Source: Candidatus Scatovivens sp. (GTDB taxonomy: Bacteria; Bacillota; Clostridia; TANB77; CAG-508). From it: a stretch of DNA of 64,000 nt. Below, piece after piece: positions 29,424 to 39,700 of the stretch; position 1 is the stretch's first letter; every line of letters starts with the position of its first letter. The notes below the pieces were generated by a model. It did no database searches. It had not been told where the DNA came from and saw only the letters and a program-made list of their open reading frames with translations. A program made the translations under genes and the position numbers. The stretch is from assembly GCA_051891335.1 (NCBI GenBank), contig JBJFFD010000022.1, positions 3,527-67,526 on the forward strand, written 5' to 3'.

Positions 29424-29908
29424 TCCTTATAAAAATATTTCTCTCCCGCTTTTGCAAATTCGTCTTGATATTCAATAAATCCATTTTTCTTATAAAATGC
29501 TACTGCTCTTTCTAATTTTTCATAAGTTCCCAAATATATTTTTTTATAACTTTTTAATTCTACAAATTCTAAAAAAGTTTCAAATAATTTTTTTGATATT
29601 CCTTTTCCTCTATGTAATTCATTTAAATAAAAATATTTCAAATAACATTCTTCTACATTTTTATTTAAACAACTAATTGTTCCTATTACTTCATCATTTT
29701 CATTTATTACTATCCAACATCTTTCATTATTGTTTTTTGAATAATTAAAATCTAAATTTTGAATATATTTTCTATGTTCCTCAAACTTAAATTCTTCTAC
29801 AAAAACTTTTTCTATTAAATTAATAAGTTTTTCTTTATATATTTCTTTATATTCTACTACATTATACATAATATCTCCTATAATTCCTGAGTTTTTAATT
29901 CGTTCCAA
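29417..29908 (-). CDS. GNAT-family N-acetyltransferase
   Basis: 163 aa. The acetyl-CoA binding motif region LHRGKGISKKLFETFLEFVE is typical of GNAT. Confidence 0.65.
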   Translation of the reverse strand: MERIKNSGIIGDIMYNVVEYKEIYKEKLINLIEKVFVEEFKFEEHRKYIQNLDFNYSKNNNERCWIVINENDEVIGTISCLNKNVEECYLKYFYLNELHRGKGISKKLFETFLEFVELKSYKKIYLGTYEKLERAVAFYKKNGFIEYQDEFAKAGEKYFYKEC

Positions 29909-31113
29909 ACTTTATTAGTTTTTAAATATTCATCATAATGTTTTTTTACTTTTTTATCATATTCTTTAAGTTCATCTAATAAATAATCAAATTCATTATC
30001 ACCAAATAATTCATTTATTTTAGGTATACTAAGTTCTAATTTTTTATATACTTCTTTTATTTTTTCTTTATATCCATCTTTATCAGTTATATACATTAGT
30101 AATGGCTTATATTTTATCCATCCTTTTGAAGCTTTTAAGAACCTAGATTCAATATTTTCTTCTTCGCTCTTTATTTTTCTAAGTCTTTTAGGTCTTGCTC
30201 CTTTCATTATTTCAGTATATTTTAAGAAGCCATCATGGAAATGATATAATGGAACCTTTATTATTTTAGCATCTCCTAATAATGTTGAAAAAAATGTATC
30301 TTCTCCCCTTGCCATTGGAGGATTGTAAAAAGCTGGTATTTTATCTAAATGTTTTAAATTCAAGCATAATGTTGAACCAACAACCCATTTTGTAATTCCA
30401 ACTTTTTCCTGTTCATAAGCTCCTTTTCCTTCTGCAATTTCTTTTACTGCATAAGTAATACCATTATCTTTTTTCATCTTTTTATTTATTTCTTCCCAAC
30501 TTACAACTTCATTACTTATTGCTTCTATATAATTTTTAAAATCTTCTTCTTTTACAATATCTCCTAGTTCAATATATGGTATTGGAGAAATATATCCACA
30601 ATGATATCCTATTGTAATATCTGCGTTTTCAATATATTCTAAATGTTTTAACACATTATCTTGTTTTTTCCATTCTAAGCTTCCATCTTCTAACTTAATA
30701 TTCGCTATTGGATATTCATCATCATCCCAAAATAGCAGATAATCTATTTTTCTTTTTATTGCATAATACATTATAGTATTTCTACCTTTTGCATGTCCAT
30801 GACCAAAAAATAAATCAATATCTGATTTGTTCATATCATTTCTAGATATTAATTTTTTCTTTTCTTCTTCTATATTCTCTGGAGTTATATATTTAATTTT
30901 AATATTTTTATATACTGACGGAATTATATTATAAAAGTCAGTCCTATTGGAAAATTGGTAATTTAAATCAAACAAGATAAATATTGTAATATTTACTTTT
31001 TTATTAAATCTGCTTACTTGTTCTAAAATTTCTTTATAATAGTTATTAATTATTTTACATACATTAGGTCTTCCTGTTACAAATCCAATTCCTAAATTTA
31101 TCTCTTCTTCCAT
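29878..31113 (-). CDS. Hypothetical protein, possibly GT-A-like glycosyltransferase (WDDDEYP motif)
   Basis: 411-aa ORF inside the glycopolymer locus. The DDD motif suggests a nucleotide-sugar transferase. Family not confidently recognised. Confidence 0.4.
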   Translation of the reverse strand: MEEEINLGIGFVTGRPNVCKIINNYYKEILEQVSRFNKKVNITIFILFDLNYQFSNRTDFYNIIPSVYKNIKIKYITPENIEEEKKKLISRNDMNKSDIDLFFGHGHAKGRNTIMYYAIKRKIDYLLFWDDDEYPIANIKLEDGSLEWKKQDNVLKHLEYIENADITIGYHCGYISPIPYIELGDIVKEEDFKNYIEAISNEVVSWEEINKKMKKDNGITYAVKEIAEGKGAYEQEKVGITKWVVGSTLCLNLKHLDKIPAFYNPPMARGEDTFFSTLLGDAKIIKVPLYHFHDGFLKYTEIMKGARPKRLRKIKSEEENIESRFLKASKGWIKYKPLLMYITDKDGYKEKIKEVYKKLELSIPKINELFGDNEFDYLLDELKEYDKKVKKHYDEYLKTNKVWNELKTQEL

Positions 31114-31466
31114 ATTCTATCTCCTACCAGATAATTATATCATATATTCTTTTTTTCTTCAATATAATCACATCAACAAATATTATACTTAGAATTTTGT
31201 ATTTTTTCTTTATTTTTCTTCTTTTTTCTTTGTTTTTCTATATTGTTTAATTAATAAAGTATAATAATTTATTAATTATTATACTTTTTAAGGCATTATA
31301 CTATAATATTAACATTATTGTCAATTTTATGTTTATTTCGGTCTATTAAAGATTGTTTTCTACTCATTATTTGTTTTATTACTTATAAAAATACACCTTA
31401 AATATTAAATTTTTTATTCAACATTTAAGATGTAATTTCATTTACAAGATTTATCTCTACATGGTT

Positions 31467-32603
31467 TTATTTACTAGAGTCTCTAATCTTTCTATTTTTT
31501 TCTACATATTCTATTATATCTTCTTCATCTGCTCCTATAAGTTTTTGTTTAAAAAACTCTTTATATCCCAACGCAATTATCAAAACAACTAATATTAAAA
31601 AAGATAATGCTTTCCATATTCCACTTTCCATGAGCACTATTGCAAACATTCCAAATGTAGCACTTATTCCATATAATATTAGCACCGTCTGTTTTTGAGT
31701 AAATCCTTTTTTTAGCATCTTATGATGTAAATGATTTGCATCTGGTTCTACAACAGCTTTTAATGATTTTCCTTTTATTATCCTTCTTATTATAGCAAAT
31801 ATTGTATCAAACACAGGTAGTGCTAATACAATTAAAGGAGCTATTATAACTATTGCTGTGTATGTTTTTGCAATTCCTAATATAGATATTATTGCTAAAC
31901 TATATCCTAAAAAGTTTGAACCCGTATCCCCCATAAATGTTCTTGCCGGATTAAAATTATATGGAAGAAATCCCACTAAAGCTCCCCCTAATGCAGTTAT
32001 TAATATTATAGATATTAGAGGCGAACCATTAAGTGAAAATATTATAAGCAAAGATAAGCATGCAATCATTGAAATTCCTGTGGCTAATCCATCTAAGCCA
32101 TCAATTAAATTTAAAGCATTTGTTATTCCAACAATCCAGCCTATTGTTAAAATTATTGAAAATATTTTATCCGTTTCAAAATTTAAGAATGGTAATCTTA
32201 TAGAGTCTATTACTATACCACTTCTAGCAACAATTATAGCTGCAATAATCTGAAATACTAATTTAACTAATGCAGGAACTCCTCTCACATCATCTACAAA
32301 GCAAACTATTGCTATTATCAATCCTCCTATTGCAAATCCAATTAATTTATTTCTATATTCCTGTATTCTTAAATCAACATTCTTTTCTATTGTCATAACT
32401 AACAACAAATACACTACTGAAACTATAAAACCTGCTATTACAGCTAGTCCACCTAATCTAGGCATTGTAACTTTATTTATTCTTCTTGAATCCTTTGGAG
32501 TATCCACTGCACCTAATTTCCTTGCTAGTTTTATAGTATGCGGTGTCATCATAAATGCTGTTATAAATGCTATAACAAATGCTATAGCTATGTCTCCCCA
32601 CAT
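31467..32603 (-). CDS. tagO: Undecaprenyl-phosphate GlcNAc-1-phosphate transferase (WecA/TagO, GT4 family)
   Basis: MraY/WecA superfamily membrane topology. Motifs KLGAVDTPKDSRRINKVTMPRLGGLA and NALNLIDGLDGLA. Confidence 0.85.
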   Translation of the reverse strand: MWGDIAIAFVIAFITAFMMTPHTIKLARKLGAVDTPKDSRRINKVTMPRLGGLAVIAGFIVSVVYLLLVMTIEKNVDLRIQEYRNKLIGFAIGGLIIAIVCFVDDVRGVPALVKLVFQIIAAIIVARSGIVIDSIRLPFLNFETDKIFSIILTIGWIVGITNALNLIDGLDGLATGISMIACLSLLIIFSLNGSPLISIILITALGGALVGFLPYNFNPARTFMGDTGSNFLGYSLAIISILGIAKTYTAIVIIAPLIVLALPVFDTIFAIIRRIIKGKSLKAVVEPDANHLHHKMLKKGFTQKQTVLILYGISATFGMFAIVLMESGIWKALSFLILVVLIIALGYKEFFKQKLIGADEEDIIEYVEKNRKIRDSSK

Positions 32604-32617
32604 ATTTTTTCACATCC

Positions 32618-33064
32618 TCATTTCATATTTTCTTTTTCTATTTCTTCTATCATTTGTAGTCTTTCTAAATATCTTCCACCTTTAAATTCTGTAGCAATCC
32701 AATTTCTAACTATGCAGATAGCTTCATTTGTTGTTAAATAATCTCCTCCTAAAGTTATAACATTTATATCATCATCAGCCTTTGCAAAAATAGCAGCTTG
32801 TCTATCTGTAATAGATGCAGCTCTTATGCCTTTATATTTATTTGCCACCACATTCATTCCAAAGCCAGAGCGACAACATAAGATTCCTTTATCACATTTT
32901 TTTGATTTAATTGCTTCTGCAACTTTTTTTGCATATATTGGATAATCTGTTCTTTCTTCTGAATATGTTCCGAAGTCCTCATATTTAATTTCTTTTTCAT
33001 CTAAATATTTTTTTATTTCCTCTTTTAATTTATAACCACCATGGTCAGAACCTAACGCTATCAT
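32618..33064 (-). CDS. rpiB: Ribose-5-phosphate isomerase B
   Basis: MIALGSDHGGYKLKEEIKKYL... RpiB/LacAB family. Start at the ATG with RBS GGAGGT, not the upstream GTG of the ORF track. Confidence 0.9.
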   Translation of the reverse strand: MIALGSDHGGYKLKEEIKKYLDEKEIKYEDFGTYSEERTDYPIYAKKVAEAIKSKKCDKGILCCRSGFGMNVVANKYKGIRAASITDRQAAIFAKADDDINVITLGGDYLTTNEAICIVRNWIATEFKGGRYLERLQMIEEIEKENMK

Positions 33065-33245
33065 CCTTCGTACCTCCACTATATTTTTCTTTAATAATAT
33101 AACACAATATCAATGTTTTTTCAACTACTTTCAGTCTTGTTGGCATTTTTTATAAAAAATACTAACAAATGCTTGATTTTTGAACTACAACATGTTAAAA
33201 TGTTAAAAGTTAATTTACTTTTTACTATGGGGAGGTGCAAAATAA

Positions 33246-33509
33246 ATGCCAAATATTAAATCAGCTAAAAAAAGAGTACGTATTATAGAAAAGAAAACTT
33301 TACAAAATAATATGATAAAATCAGCATATAAAACAGCTATAAAAAGATTTGAAGTAGCAGTTGAAGCTGGAGATAAAGCAAAAGCTGAAGAAACTTTTAA
33401 ACTTGCAGTTAAAAAAGTTGACCAAGCTTGCACTAAAGGTGTTATAAAGGCAAATACTGCTTCTAGAAAAAAATCTAATTTAGCAAAAAAATTAAATACA
33501 ATTGCTTAA
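33246..33509 (+). CDS. rpsT: 30S ribosomal protein S20
   Basis: MPNIKSAKKRVRIIEKKTLQNN... canonical S20. RBS GGGGAGG upstream. Confidence 0.95.
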   Translation: MPNIKSAKKRVRIIEKKTLQNNMIKSAYKTAIKRFEVAVEAGDKAKAEETFKLAVKKVDQACTKGVIKANTASRKKSNLAKKLNTIA

Positions 33510-33548
33510 TAAATAAAATTTATTATACATTAAAAATGTATTTGTATA

Positions 33549-33586
33549 TAAGTCTAGTTTTTCTACTAGACTTTTTTCATTTTTTG
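33549..33586 (+). terminator. rpsT rho-independent terminator
   Basis: Hairpin AAGTCTAGT-N5-ACTAGACTT followed by a T-run. Confidence 0.75.
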
Positions 33587-33603
33587 TTTATTTGTAAAAA
33601 AAA

Positions 33604-33632
33604 GATCGATGTGAGACATCGACCCATACATA
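33604..33632 (-). repeat. REP-like element (TCGATGT-GAG-ACATCGA, then CCCATACATA)
   Basis: Hairpin plus a CCATACA tail (GTAT variant of the GTAG head). Confidence 0.4.
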
Positions 33633-33674
33633 AATTATTTATCATTTTACAGATTATTTTCAAATATTATCCCC

Positions 33675-34229
33675 CTATAGTATTTTCTTTTCTTTATTAT
33701 TATATATGATTGTTTGTACAATATCTATTAATGAATATATTAATATAAGAACTCCTAGAATTTTAATTAATGCTCCTGAATAAAAAGTAATATATAATCC
33801 CAAGACAATAGATACTATTGAACTAATAACTAAGCAAAGCCATAAGGTACTGTTTAAGTCTTTGAATACTTTTGATTCAAATATCTTAATTAATCCATTA
33901 TAAACCATCCATATTCCTATTGTAATTCTCAAAAGAGATTCTATTATTCCTATGTACATAAATAGAATTAATCCAAATATTATTATCATTATTCCTGTTA
34001 CCAATCCATTGCCATATATTTCTTCTTCAAAACTTTCCTTTTTTATAAAAAACTTTAATATTTTGTATAATCCATATATAATTACTATGCTTCCTAAAGT
34101 TACAGCTATAGCATTTAATGTATTTTCTGGTTTAGCAATTAAAACTATTCCAATTATTGCTAAAATTATTGAAATTATTATATCCATCCATCTTTCTCTT
34201 TTTAAAATTTTATTAATGTCCATAATCAT
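33675..34229 (-). CDS. Hypothetical multi-pass membrane protein (HdeD/DUF308-like)
   Basis: 184 aa with about 5-6 hydrophobic helices. Family assignment is weak. Confidence 0.45.
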   Translation of the reverse strand: MIMDINKILKRERWMDIIISIILAIIGIVLIAKPENTLNAIAVTLGSIVIIYGLYKILKFFIKKESFEEEIYGNGLVTGIMIIIFGLILFMYIGIIESLLRITIGIWMVYNGLIKIFESKVFKDLNSTLWLCLVISSIVSIVLGLYITFYSGALIKILGVLILIYSLIDIVQTIIYNNKEKKIL

Positions 34230-34236
34230 TCCTCCT

Positions 34237-34863
34237 TTATTTTATTCCAAATATTCTATCTCCAGCATCTCCTAATCCAGGTACAATGTAACCTATTTCG
34301 TTTAATTTTTCGTCTATTTGTGCACAATATATCTCTACTTCTGGATGTTCTTTCTCAAGCTTTTTTATTCCTTCAGGAGCTGCTATTAAACATAAAAACT
34401 TAAATTTTTTAACACCATCTTCCTTCATCATTTTTATCGCTGCAGAAGCCGATCCTCCTGTTGCAAGCATTGGGTCTAATAAAATCACTTCTCTTTCTTT
34501 TATATCTTTTGGAACTTTATAATAATATTTTACTGGTTCTAATGTTTCTTCATTTCTATAAAGACCTATTACACCAATTTTTGCATTAGGAATAACTTTT
34601 GTTATTCCTTCAGACATTCCCATTCCAGCTCTTAAAATAGGTACAAATGCATATCTATCTTCATTTATTTGTCCTACTTTTGTTTTTGCTAGCGGAGTTT
34701 CAATTTCTATTTCATCTATTTTTGCATCTTTTAAAGCCTCATAGCATAAAAAAGTTGCTATTTCACTGGCAAGTTCTCTAAATTCTTTAGTACCTGTTTT
34801 CTTATTTCTTAAAATTCCTATTTTATGTTTTATCAAAGGATGATTTAATTCTACTACTTTCAT
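34237..34863 (-). CDS. upp: Uracil phosphoribosyltransferase
   Basis: MKVVELNHPLIKHKIGILRNKKTGTKEFRELASEI..., the PRPP-binding motif DPMLATGGSA, and the C-terminal YIVPGLGDAGDRIFG motif. Confidence 0.95.
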   Translation of the reverse strand: MKVVELNHPLIKHKIGILRNKKTGTKEFRELASEIATFLCYEALKDAKIDEIEIETPLAKTKVGQINEDRYAFVPILRAGMGMSEGITKVIPNAKIGVIGLYRNEETLEPVKYYYKVPKDIKEREVILLDPMLATGGSASAAIKMMKEDGVKKFKFLCLIAAPEGIKKLEKEHPEVEIYCAQIDEKLNEIGYIVPGLGDAGDRIFGIK

Positions 34864-35065
34864 AGATTTTTCTCCTTTTAAATAATTTATTATATTATAT
34901 CATATTATATCATATTGAACTTTAATTTCAACTTAAAAATTTCATACTGTTTAAGAAATTTTTTTATAATCACTTTCATTTTATTTTTTTTATGTTATAA
35001 TGGTATATCTATTTAAAATCATATTATCATTAAGTAATAATATAATTAGGTTAGGGGTGTTAAAA

Positions 35066-35749
35066 ATGTCAACTTTCATTAATCTGATAAATTTAGAGTC
35101 TGTACTAAAATTATTATTGGCTTTTATTCTTTCCGGAATAATAGGAGCTCAAAGAGAAATACATAATAAACCAGCTGGTTTTAAAACGCATTCACTTATA
35201 GGAATAAGTGCTGTTTTATGCATGATTGCAGGGCAACAACTAAAGAATTCTTTAGGCGCAGATGCTTCAAGAATTCCTGCTCAATTAATTTCTGGTATAG
35301 GTTTTATTGGAGCTGGAACAATATTAACTGATGGTTTTAATGTAAAAGGGCTTACCACTGCTTCAAGTTTACTAGGAGTTGCTTGTTTAGGATTAATTAT
35401 CGGTTCAGGAGCTTATATTATTGGAATATTAGCAACTATATTAATATATTTATTGCTTGCATACTCTAATAAATTATTTCCTGACTCTTTATATCATGAT
35501 CAAGTTGAATTTTTGCTAGATATAAAATCAACTTCAAAAATAATGTCTCGTATTGAGCAAATATTTGCAAAGCATTCTCTATTGATAGATAAAATATCGA
35601 CATCACAATTAGATGAGAATAATATGAAAAAAGTTAGGTATGTATGTAAATATAAAAGTTCTTTAGTTTTTAATAAAGTTTTAACAGAGATTTCTAGCTT
35701 AGAAGATGTAATCAATATTGAAATGATAAGTAATTATGAATTATCATAA
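35066..35749 (+). CDS. mgtC: MgtC/SapB-family membrane protein
   Basis: LAFILSGIIGAQREIHNKPAGFKTHSLIGISAVL is typical of MgtC. Start at ATG 35066 with RBS AGGGGTG. C-terminal ACT-like domain. Confidence 0.85.
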   Translation: MSTFINLINLESVLKLLLAFILSGIIGAQREIHNKPAGFKTHSLIGISAVLCMIAGQQLKNSLGADASRIPAQLISGIGFIGAGTILTDGFNVKGLTTASSLLGVACLGLIIGSGAYIIGILATILIYLLLAYSNKLFPDSLYHDQVEFLLDIKSTSKIMSRIEQIFAKHSLLIDKISTSQLDENNMKKVRYVCKYKSSLVFNKVLTEISSLEDVINIEMISNYELS

Positions 35750-35792
35750 AAAAATGAGCTTTTGATGTTCACTTCAAAAGCTCATTTTTTTG
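35750..35792 (+). terminator. Bidirectional rho-independent terminator (AAATGAGCTTTTGA-N7-TTCAAAAGCTCATTT plus T-run)
   Basis: Perfect 14-bp stem flanked by A-runs and T-runs. Confidence 0.8.
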
Positions 35793-35799
35793 TTTTATT

Positions 35800-36021
35800 T
35801 TATCTATCATCTCTATCGTCTGATTTTTTAGTTGGTTTGGTTTCAACTTTGTTTCTTGCAGCAATTGCTTCAGATACTACTTTATCTACTTCTGTTGTTG
35901 CGGTTCTTTCATTAATAGTTTCTATTCCCCAGTCATTTAGTATTTTTTCCATTTCCGTAGCATCTACATATTCAATACTTGGTTTTGTATAATTTTTTCT
36001 ATTGTTTGTATCTTTTACCAT
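35800..36021 (-). CDS. Hypothetical small hydrophilic protein
   Basis: 73-aa ORF of normal composition. The overlapping plus-strand ORF is low-complexity and likely spurious. Confidence 0.35.
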   Translation of the reverse strand: MVKDTNNRKNYTKPSIEYVDATEMEKILNDWGIETINERTATTEVDKVVSEAIAARNKVETKPTKKSDDRDDR

Positions 36022-36249
36022 TAATTATTTTTACCTTTCCTTTTAAATTTATATGTCTAGTATTATTTTAACACATTATGTTCATTTTGTAAAGATTTTT
36101 TCACAAACTATTATTGTAAACTTTATTTTAATATGTTAATATGCTAATATTTTAATATCTTTTTGTGTTTTTATTTTGTTCTATATGTAAATTTTGTGAA
36201 ATAAATCATCCAATAATAAAATTAATTATATTTATATATAATACTTTTT

Positions 36250-37242
36250 TTACTTTATTATTCCTATTTTTTTATATACCTCAGCAATAGTTTTTTCTGC
36301 TATTTTATTTGCTTTTTCAGCACCTTTTTTACACATTTCTTCCAAATATTGTGGATTACTCATAAGTTCATTATATTTTTTATGAAATGGTTCCAATTCT
36401 TTTATTATTGAATCTGCTACTTCTTGCTTAAAAATTCCGTAATTTTTTCCTTCAAATTCTTTTTCAATTTCATCTATGGTTTTATTTTCTATTATTCCAT
36501 ATATCTCCATAAGATTACTTATACCTGGTTTGTTTTCTTCATCATATCTAACTATTCCTTCTGAATCAGTAACAGCTTTTTTTATTTTTTTAGTTATTTC
36601 TTCTGGAGTATCTATAAGCAAAATTGTGTCATTTGGTATTGTACTACTTTTACTCATTTTACTTTTTGGATCTTGAAGACCCATTATTTTTGCTCCAACT
36701 TTAGGAATATATGGTTCTGGTATTTCAAAAGTTTTTCCATATAGTCTATTAAATCTTTCTGCAATATCTCTTGTAATTTCTACATGCTGTTTTTGATCTT
36801 GTCCTGTTGGTACTAAGTTAGCTTGATATAATAATATATCTGCTGCCATTAATACCGGATATGTAAATAATCCTGAATTAATATTGTCTTGATGTTTTTC
36901 TGACTTATCTTTAAATTGGGTCATTCTTGATAATTCACCCATATATGTATAACAATTTAAAACCCATGATAGTTCACAATGTGCTGGAACTTGTGATTGT
37001 ATAAATATTGAACTTTTATCTGGATCTATTCCTGCTGCTATATATGTTGCAATTATTTTTAATGTATTATTCCTTAATTCTTCTGGATCTCTTCTTACTG
37101 TTAATGCATGTAAATTTGCAATCATATAATAACAATCATATTCATCTTGCATTTTGACAAAATTTTTTAATGCTCCTATATAATTTCCTAATGTTAAATT
37201 TCCTGTAGCTTGTATTCCACTTAAAATAACTTTTTTTTCCAT
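36250..37242 (-). CDS. trpS: Tryptophan--tRNA ligase
   Basis: Class I HIGH-like SGIQATGNLTLGNYIGA and KMSKS motif (KMSKSS). 330 aa. Confidence 0.95.
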   Translation of the reverse strand: MEKKVILSGIQATGNLTLGNYIGALKNFVKMQDEYDCYYMIANLHALTVRRDPEELRNNTLKIIATYIAAGIDPDKSSIFIQSQVPAHCELSWVLNCYTYMGELSRMTQFKDKSEKHQDNINSGLFTYPVLMAADILLYQANLVPTGQDQKQHVEITRDIAERFNRLYGKTFEIPEPYIPKVGAKIMGLQDPKSKMSKSSTIPNDTILLIDTPEEITKKIKKAVTDSEGIVRYDEENKPGISNLMEIYGIIENKTIDEIEKEFEGKNYGIFKQEVADSIIKELEPFHKKYNELMSNPQYLEEMCKKGAEKANKIAEKTIAEVYKKIGIIK

Positions 37243-37335
37243 AATAATCCTCTCCTTTTATTATATTATTTATAAAAAGTTATTTTGCCATCGTTTTCCT
37301 ACCATATTATTTATTTTCATTGCAAATCATCTTCC

Positions 37336-37364
37336 TCTTATTTTAAATATTTATAATTATAGCA
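37336..37364 (-). promoter_or_regulatory. Consensus sigma-A promoter of trpS (TTGACT-17nt-TATAAT)
   Basis: On the minus strand, -35 is at 37359-37364 and -10 at 37336-37341. The 177-nt leader has no T-box motif. Confidence 0.6.
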
Positions 37365-37419
37365 TTTTATTTATTTTTAGTCAAAACAATTTTCTAGCTT
37401 TATTATATTTTTGCTAATT

Positions 37420-38958
37420 TTATTCCCATTCTATTGTTGCTGGTGGTTTACTTGTTATATCATAAACAACTCTATTCACATGTTTTACTTCATTCACAAT
37501 TCTACTAGAAACTTTTTCTAAAACATCATATGGAATTCTTGACCATGTAGCAGTCATAAAATCTGTTGTTTTTACACTCCTTAGCGCTATTGTATAATCA
37601 TAAGTCCTATAATCTCCCATTACACCAACGCTTCTAATATTTGTTAATACTGCAAAATATTGATTTAGTTCTTTTTCTAAACCTGCATTTTTTACTTCTT
37701 CTCTAAAAATATAATCTGCATCTCTTAAAATATCTAATTTTTCTTTTGTCAAATCTCCTATAACTCTTATACCTAATCCGGGTCCTGGAAAAGGTTGTCT
37801 ATATACTAAATTCTCCGGTATTCCTAATTCTAAGCCAGTCTTTCTTACTTCATCTTTAAATAAATCTCTTAAAGGTTCTATTATCTCTTTAAAATCTACG
37901 TAATCTGGAAGCCCTCCCACATTGTGATGACTTTTTATAGTAGCAGACTCTCCTAATCCACTTTCTATTACATCAGGGTAGATTGTACCTTGTACTAAAT
38001 AATCCACGGTTCCAATTCTTTTAGCTTCTTTTTCAAATACTCTTATAAACTCTTCTCCAATTATTTTTCTTTTGCTCTCTGGATCTGTTACACCTTTTAA
38101 CTTTTCTAGAAATTGTTCTTCAGCATTTACTCTAATTAAATTTATATCAAATTGTTTTCTAAATATTTCTTCAACTTCATCTCCTTCATTTTTGCGGAGT
38201 AACCCATGATCAACAAATATACAAGTTAAATTTTTACCAATTGCTTTATGTAATAGAACTGCTGCAACTGATGAATCTACTCCACCTGATAACGCACATA
38301 AAGCTTTTTTACTTCCAATTTTATTTTTTAAATATTCAATCTGTTCCTTTGCAAAAGAAGACATTTTCCAATCTCCTTTGCATTTACAAATATTGAATAA
38401 AAAGTTATTTATTATTTTAGTTCCATTTACAGTGTTATTCACTTCTGTATGAAATTGTATTCCGTAAAATCCTTTTTCTTCATCTTCTATTGCTGCAATA
38501 GGGCAGTTACCAGTTTTTCCAATCACTTTAAAACCTTCTGGGACCTTTGAGATAAAATCTGTGTGACTCATTAAACATATATTAGAATTTCCAAGACCTT
38601 CAAATAATTTAGATTTATTATCAATGCTTACCTCTATTTCACCATATTCTCTTTTATCAGCTTTTCGGACTTGTCCGCCTAATGCATGTGTCATAAATTG
38701 CATTCCATAACAGATTCCTAATATTGGAATTCCTAATTTAAATATTTCTTTATCACACATAGGTGAGCCATTTTCATATACGCTAGCAGGACCACCTGTA
38801 AATATTATTCCCTTTGGATTTTTCTTTTTTATTTCTTCTATTGAAATTTTGTATGGTACTATTTCTGAATACACATTACATTCTCTTACTCTTCTTGCAA
38901 TTAATTGATTATATTGTCCATAAAAATCGATAATTAAAATTAATTCTTTTTCTTCCAA
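37420..38958 (-). CDS. guaA: GMP synthase (glutamine-hydrolysing)
   Basis: GATase-1 N-terminus (ILGICYGMQ...), ATP-PPase SGGVDSSV P-loop and a C-terminal dimerisation domain. 512 aa. Confidence 0.95.
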   Translation of the reverse strand: MEEKELILIIDFYGQYNQLIARRVRECNVYSEIVPYKISIEEIKKKNPKGIIFTGGPASVYENGSPMCDKEIFKLGIPILGICYGMQFMTHALGGQVRKADKREYGEIEVSIDNKSKLFEGLGNSNICLMSHTDFISKVPEGFKVIGKTGNCPIAAIEDEEKGFYGIQFHTEVNNTVNGTKIINNFLFNICKCKGDWKMSSFAKEQIEYLKNKIGSKKALCALSGGVDSSVAAVLLHKAIGKNLTCIFVDHGLLRKNEGDEVEEIFRKQFDINLIRVNAEEQFLEKLKGVTDPESKRKIIGEEFIRVFEKEAKRIGTVDYLVQGTIYPDVIESGLGESATIKSHHNVGGLPDYVDFKEIIEPLRDLFKDEVRKTGLELGIPENLVYRQPFPGPGLGIRVIGDLTKEKLDILRDADYIFREEVKNAGLEKELNQYFAVLTNIRSVGVMGDYRTYDYTIALRSVKTTDFMTATWSRIPYDVLEKVSSRIVNEVKHVNRVVYDITSKPPATIEWE

Positions 38959-39121
38959 TTTTTACCTCCTTTTTATAATTAATTAAATGTTTATATAATT
39001 TAATGATAGTATATCATATATTTATTTAAATTTGTCTACTTTTGCCTCATTTTTGTTATTTGTTATGATAGTTACATCAATTTATAAAGAACACCCCCAA
39101 AGGATGTTCTTATATCTTATT

Positions 39122-39411
39122 TTATCTTATTGAATCCATATACCATTTTTTTTGCGCTAATTTTTCTTGTACTCCATTTAATGCTTCTCCAAATCTTTGA
39201 AAATGGACTATTTCTCTTTGTCTTAAATATTTTAATACATCTACTACATCTGCATCTTCTGCACATAAATTAATTAATTTTTCATATGTTGCTCTTGCTT
39301 TTTGCTCTGCAGCCAAATCCTCTGTTAAATCCGCTACCGGATCGCCTTTTACCGCTATTGTTGTTGCTGTCCATGGTAATCCTGCTGCTGCTTGAGGATA
39401 TACTCCTAATC
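39122..39411 (-). pseudogene. cotJC: cotJC (Mn-catalase family spore coat protein), 3' half, separated from its 5' half by an inserted element
   Basis: The frame is open from the junction: IDNKHTPHGLGVYPQAAAGLPWTATTIAVKGDPVADLTEDLAAEQKARATYEKL...REIVHFQRFGEAL matches the C-terminal half of CotJC/Mn-catalase. No start codon of its own. Terminator hairpin at 39092-39120. Confidence 0.8.
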
Positions 39412-39609
39412 CATGTGGTGTGTGTTTGTTATCTATCCTAAATAAGAAAATTTATAATAACTACTTATTTTGTACAAGAAATTCTGCGCCTACATTTTTT
39501 GTAGGCATTGTTTATTACCTTACAACTTTATTCTGATTATAATCGATTGTTCAGAAAAAACAAATTTAATATGAAGAAGAATTAAATAATTATGAAATAG
39601 AATTATAAA

Positions 39610-39645
39610 AGACAAAATGGAGAAATTATGCTCTCCATTTTGCCT
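39610..39645 (-). terminator. Terminator hairpin AAAATGGAGA-N9-CTCCATTTTG downstream of the element membrane-protein gene
   Basis: 10-bp stem plus a T-run in minus-strand sense. Confidence 0.55.
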
Positions 39646-39700
39646 TGATTTTTTAGTCTTTGTTTTGCATTTCGTTCATTTTATTTCTAAATTCTTCAAG

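Noticed and set aside
37243-37419. T-box riboswitch upstream of trpS
   Set aside because: The leader is only 177 nt and contains neither the T-box consensus nor a specifier/antiterminator arrangement. Only a consensus sigma-A promoter was found.
38959-39121. Purine riboswitch upstream of guaA
   Set aside because: No conserved purine-riboswitch core or three-way junction sequence is recognisable. The only hairpin (GAACA...TGTTC) is the terminator of the upstream cotJC fragment.
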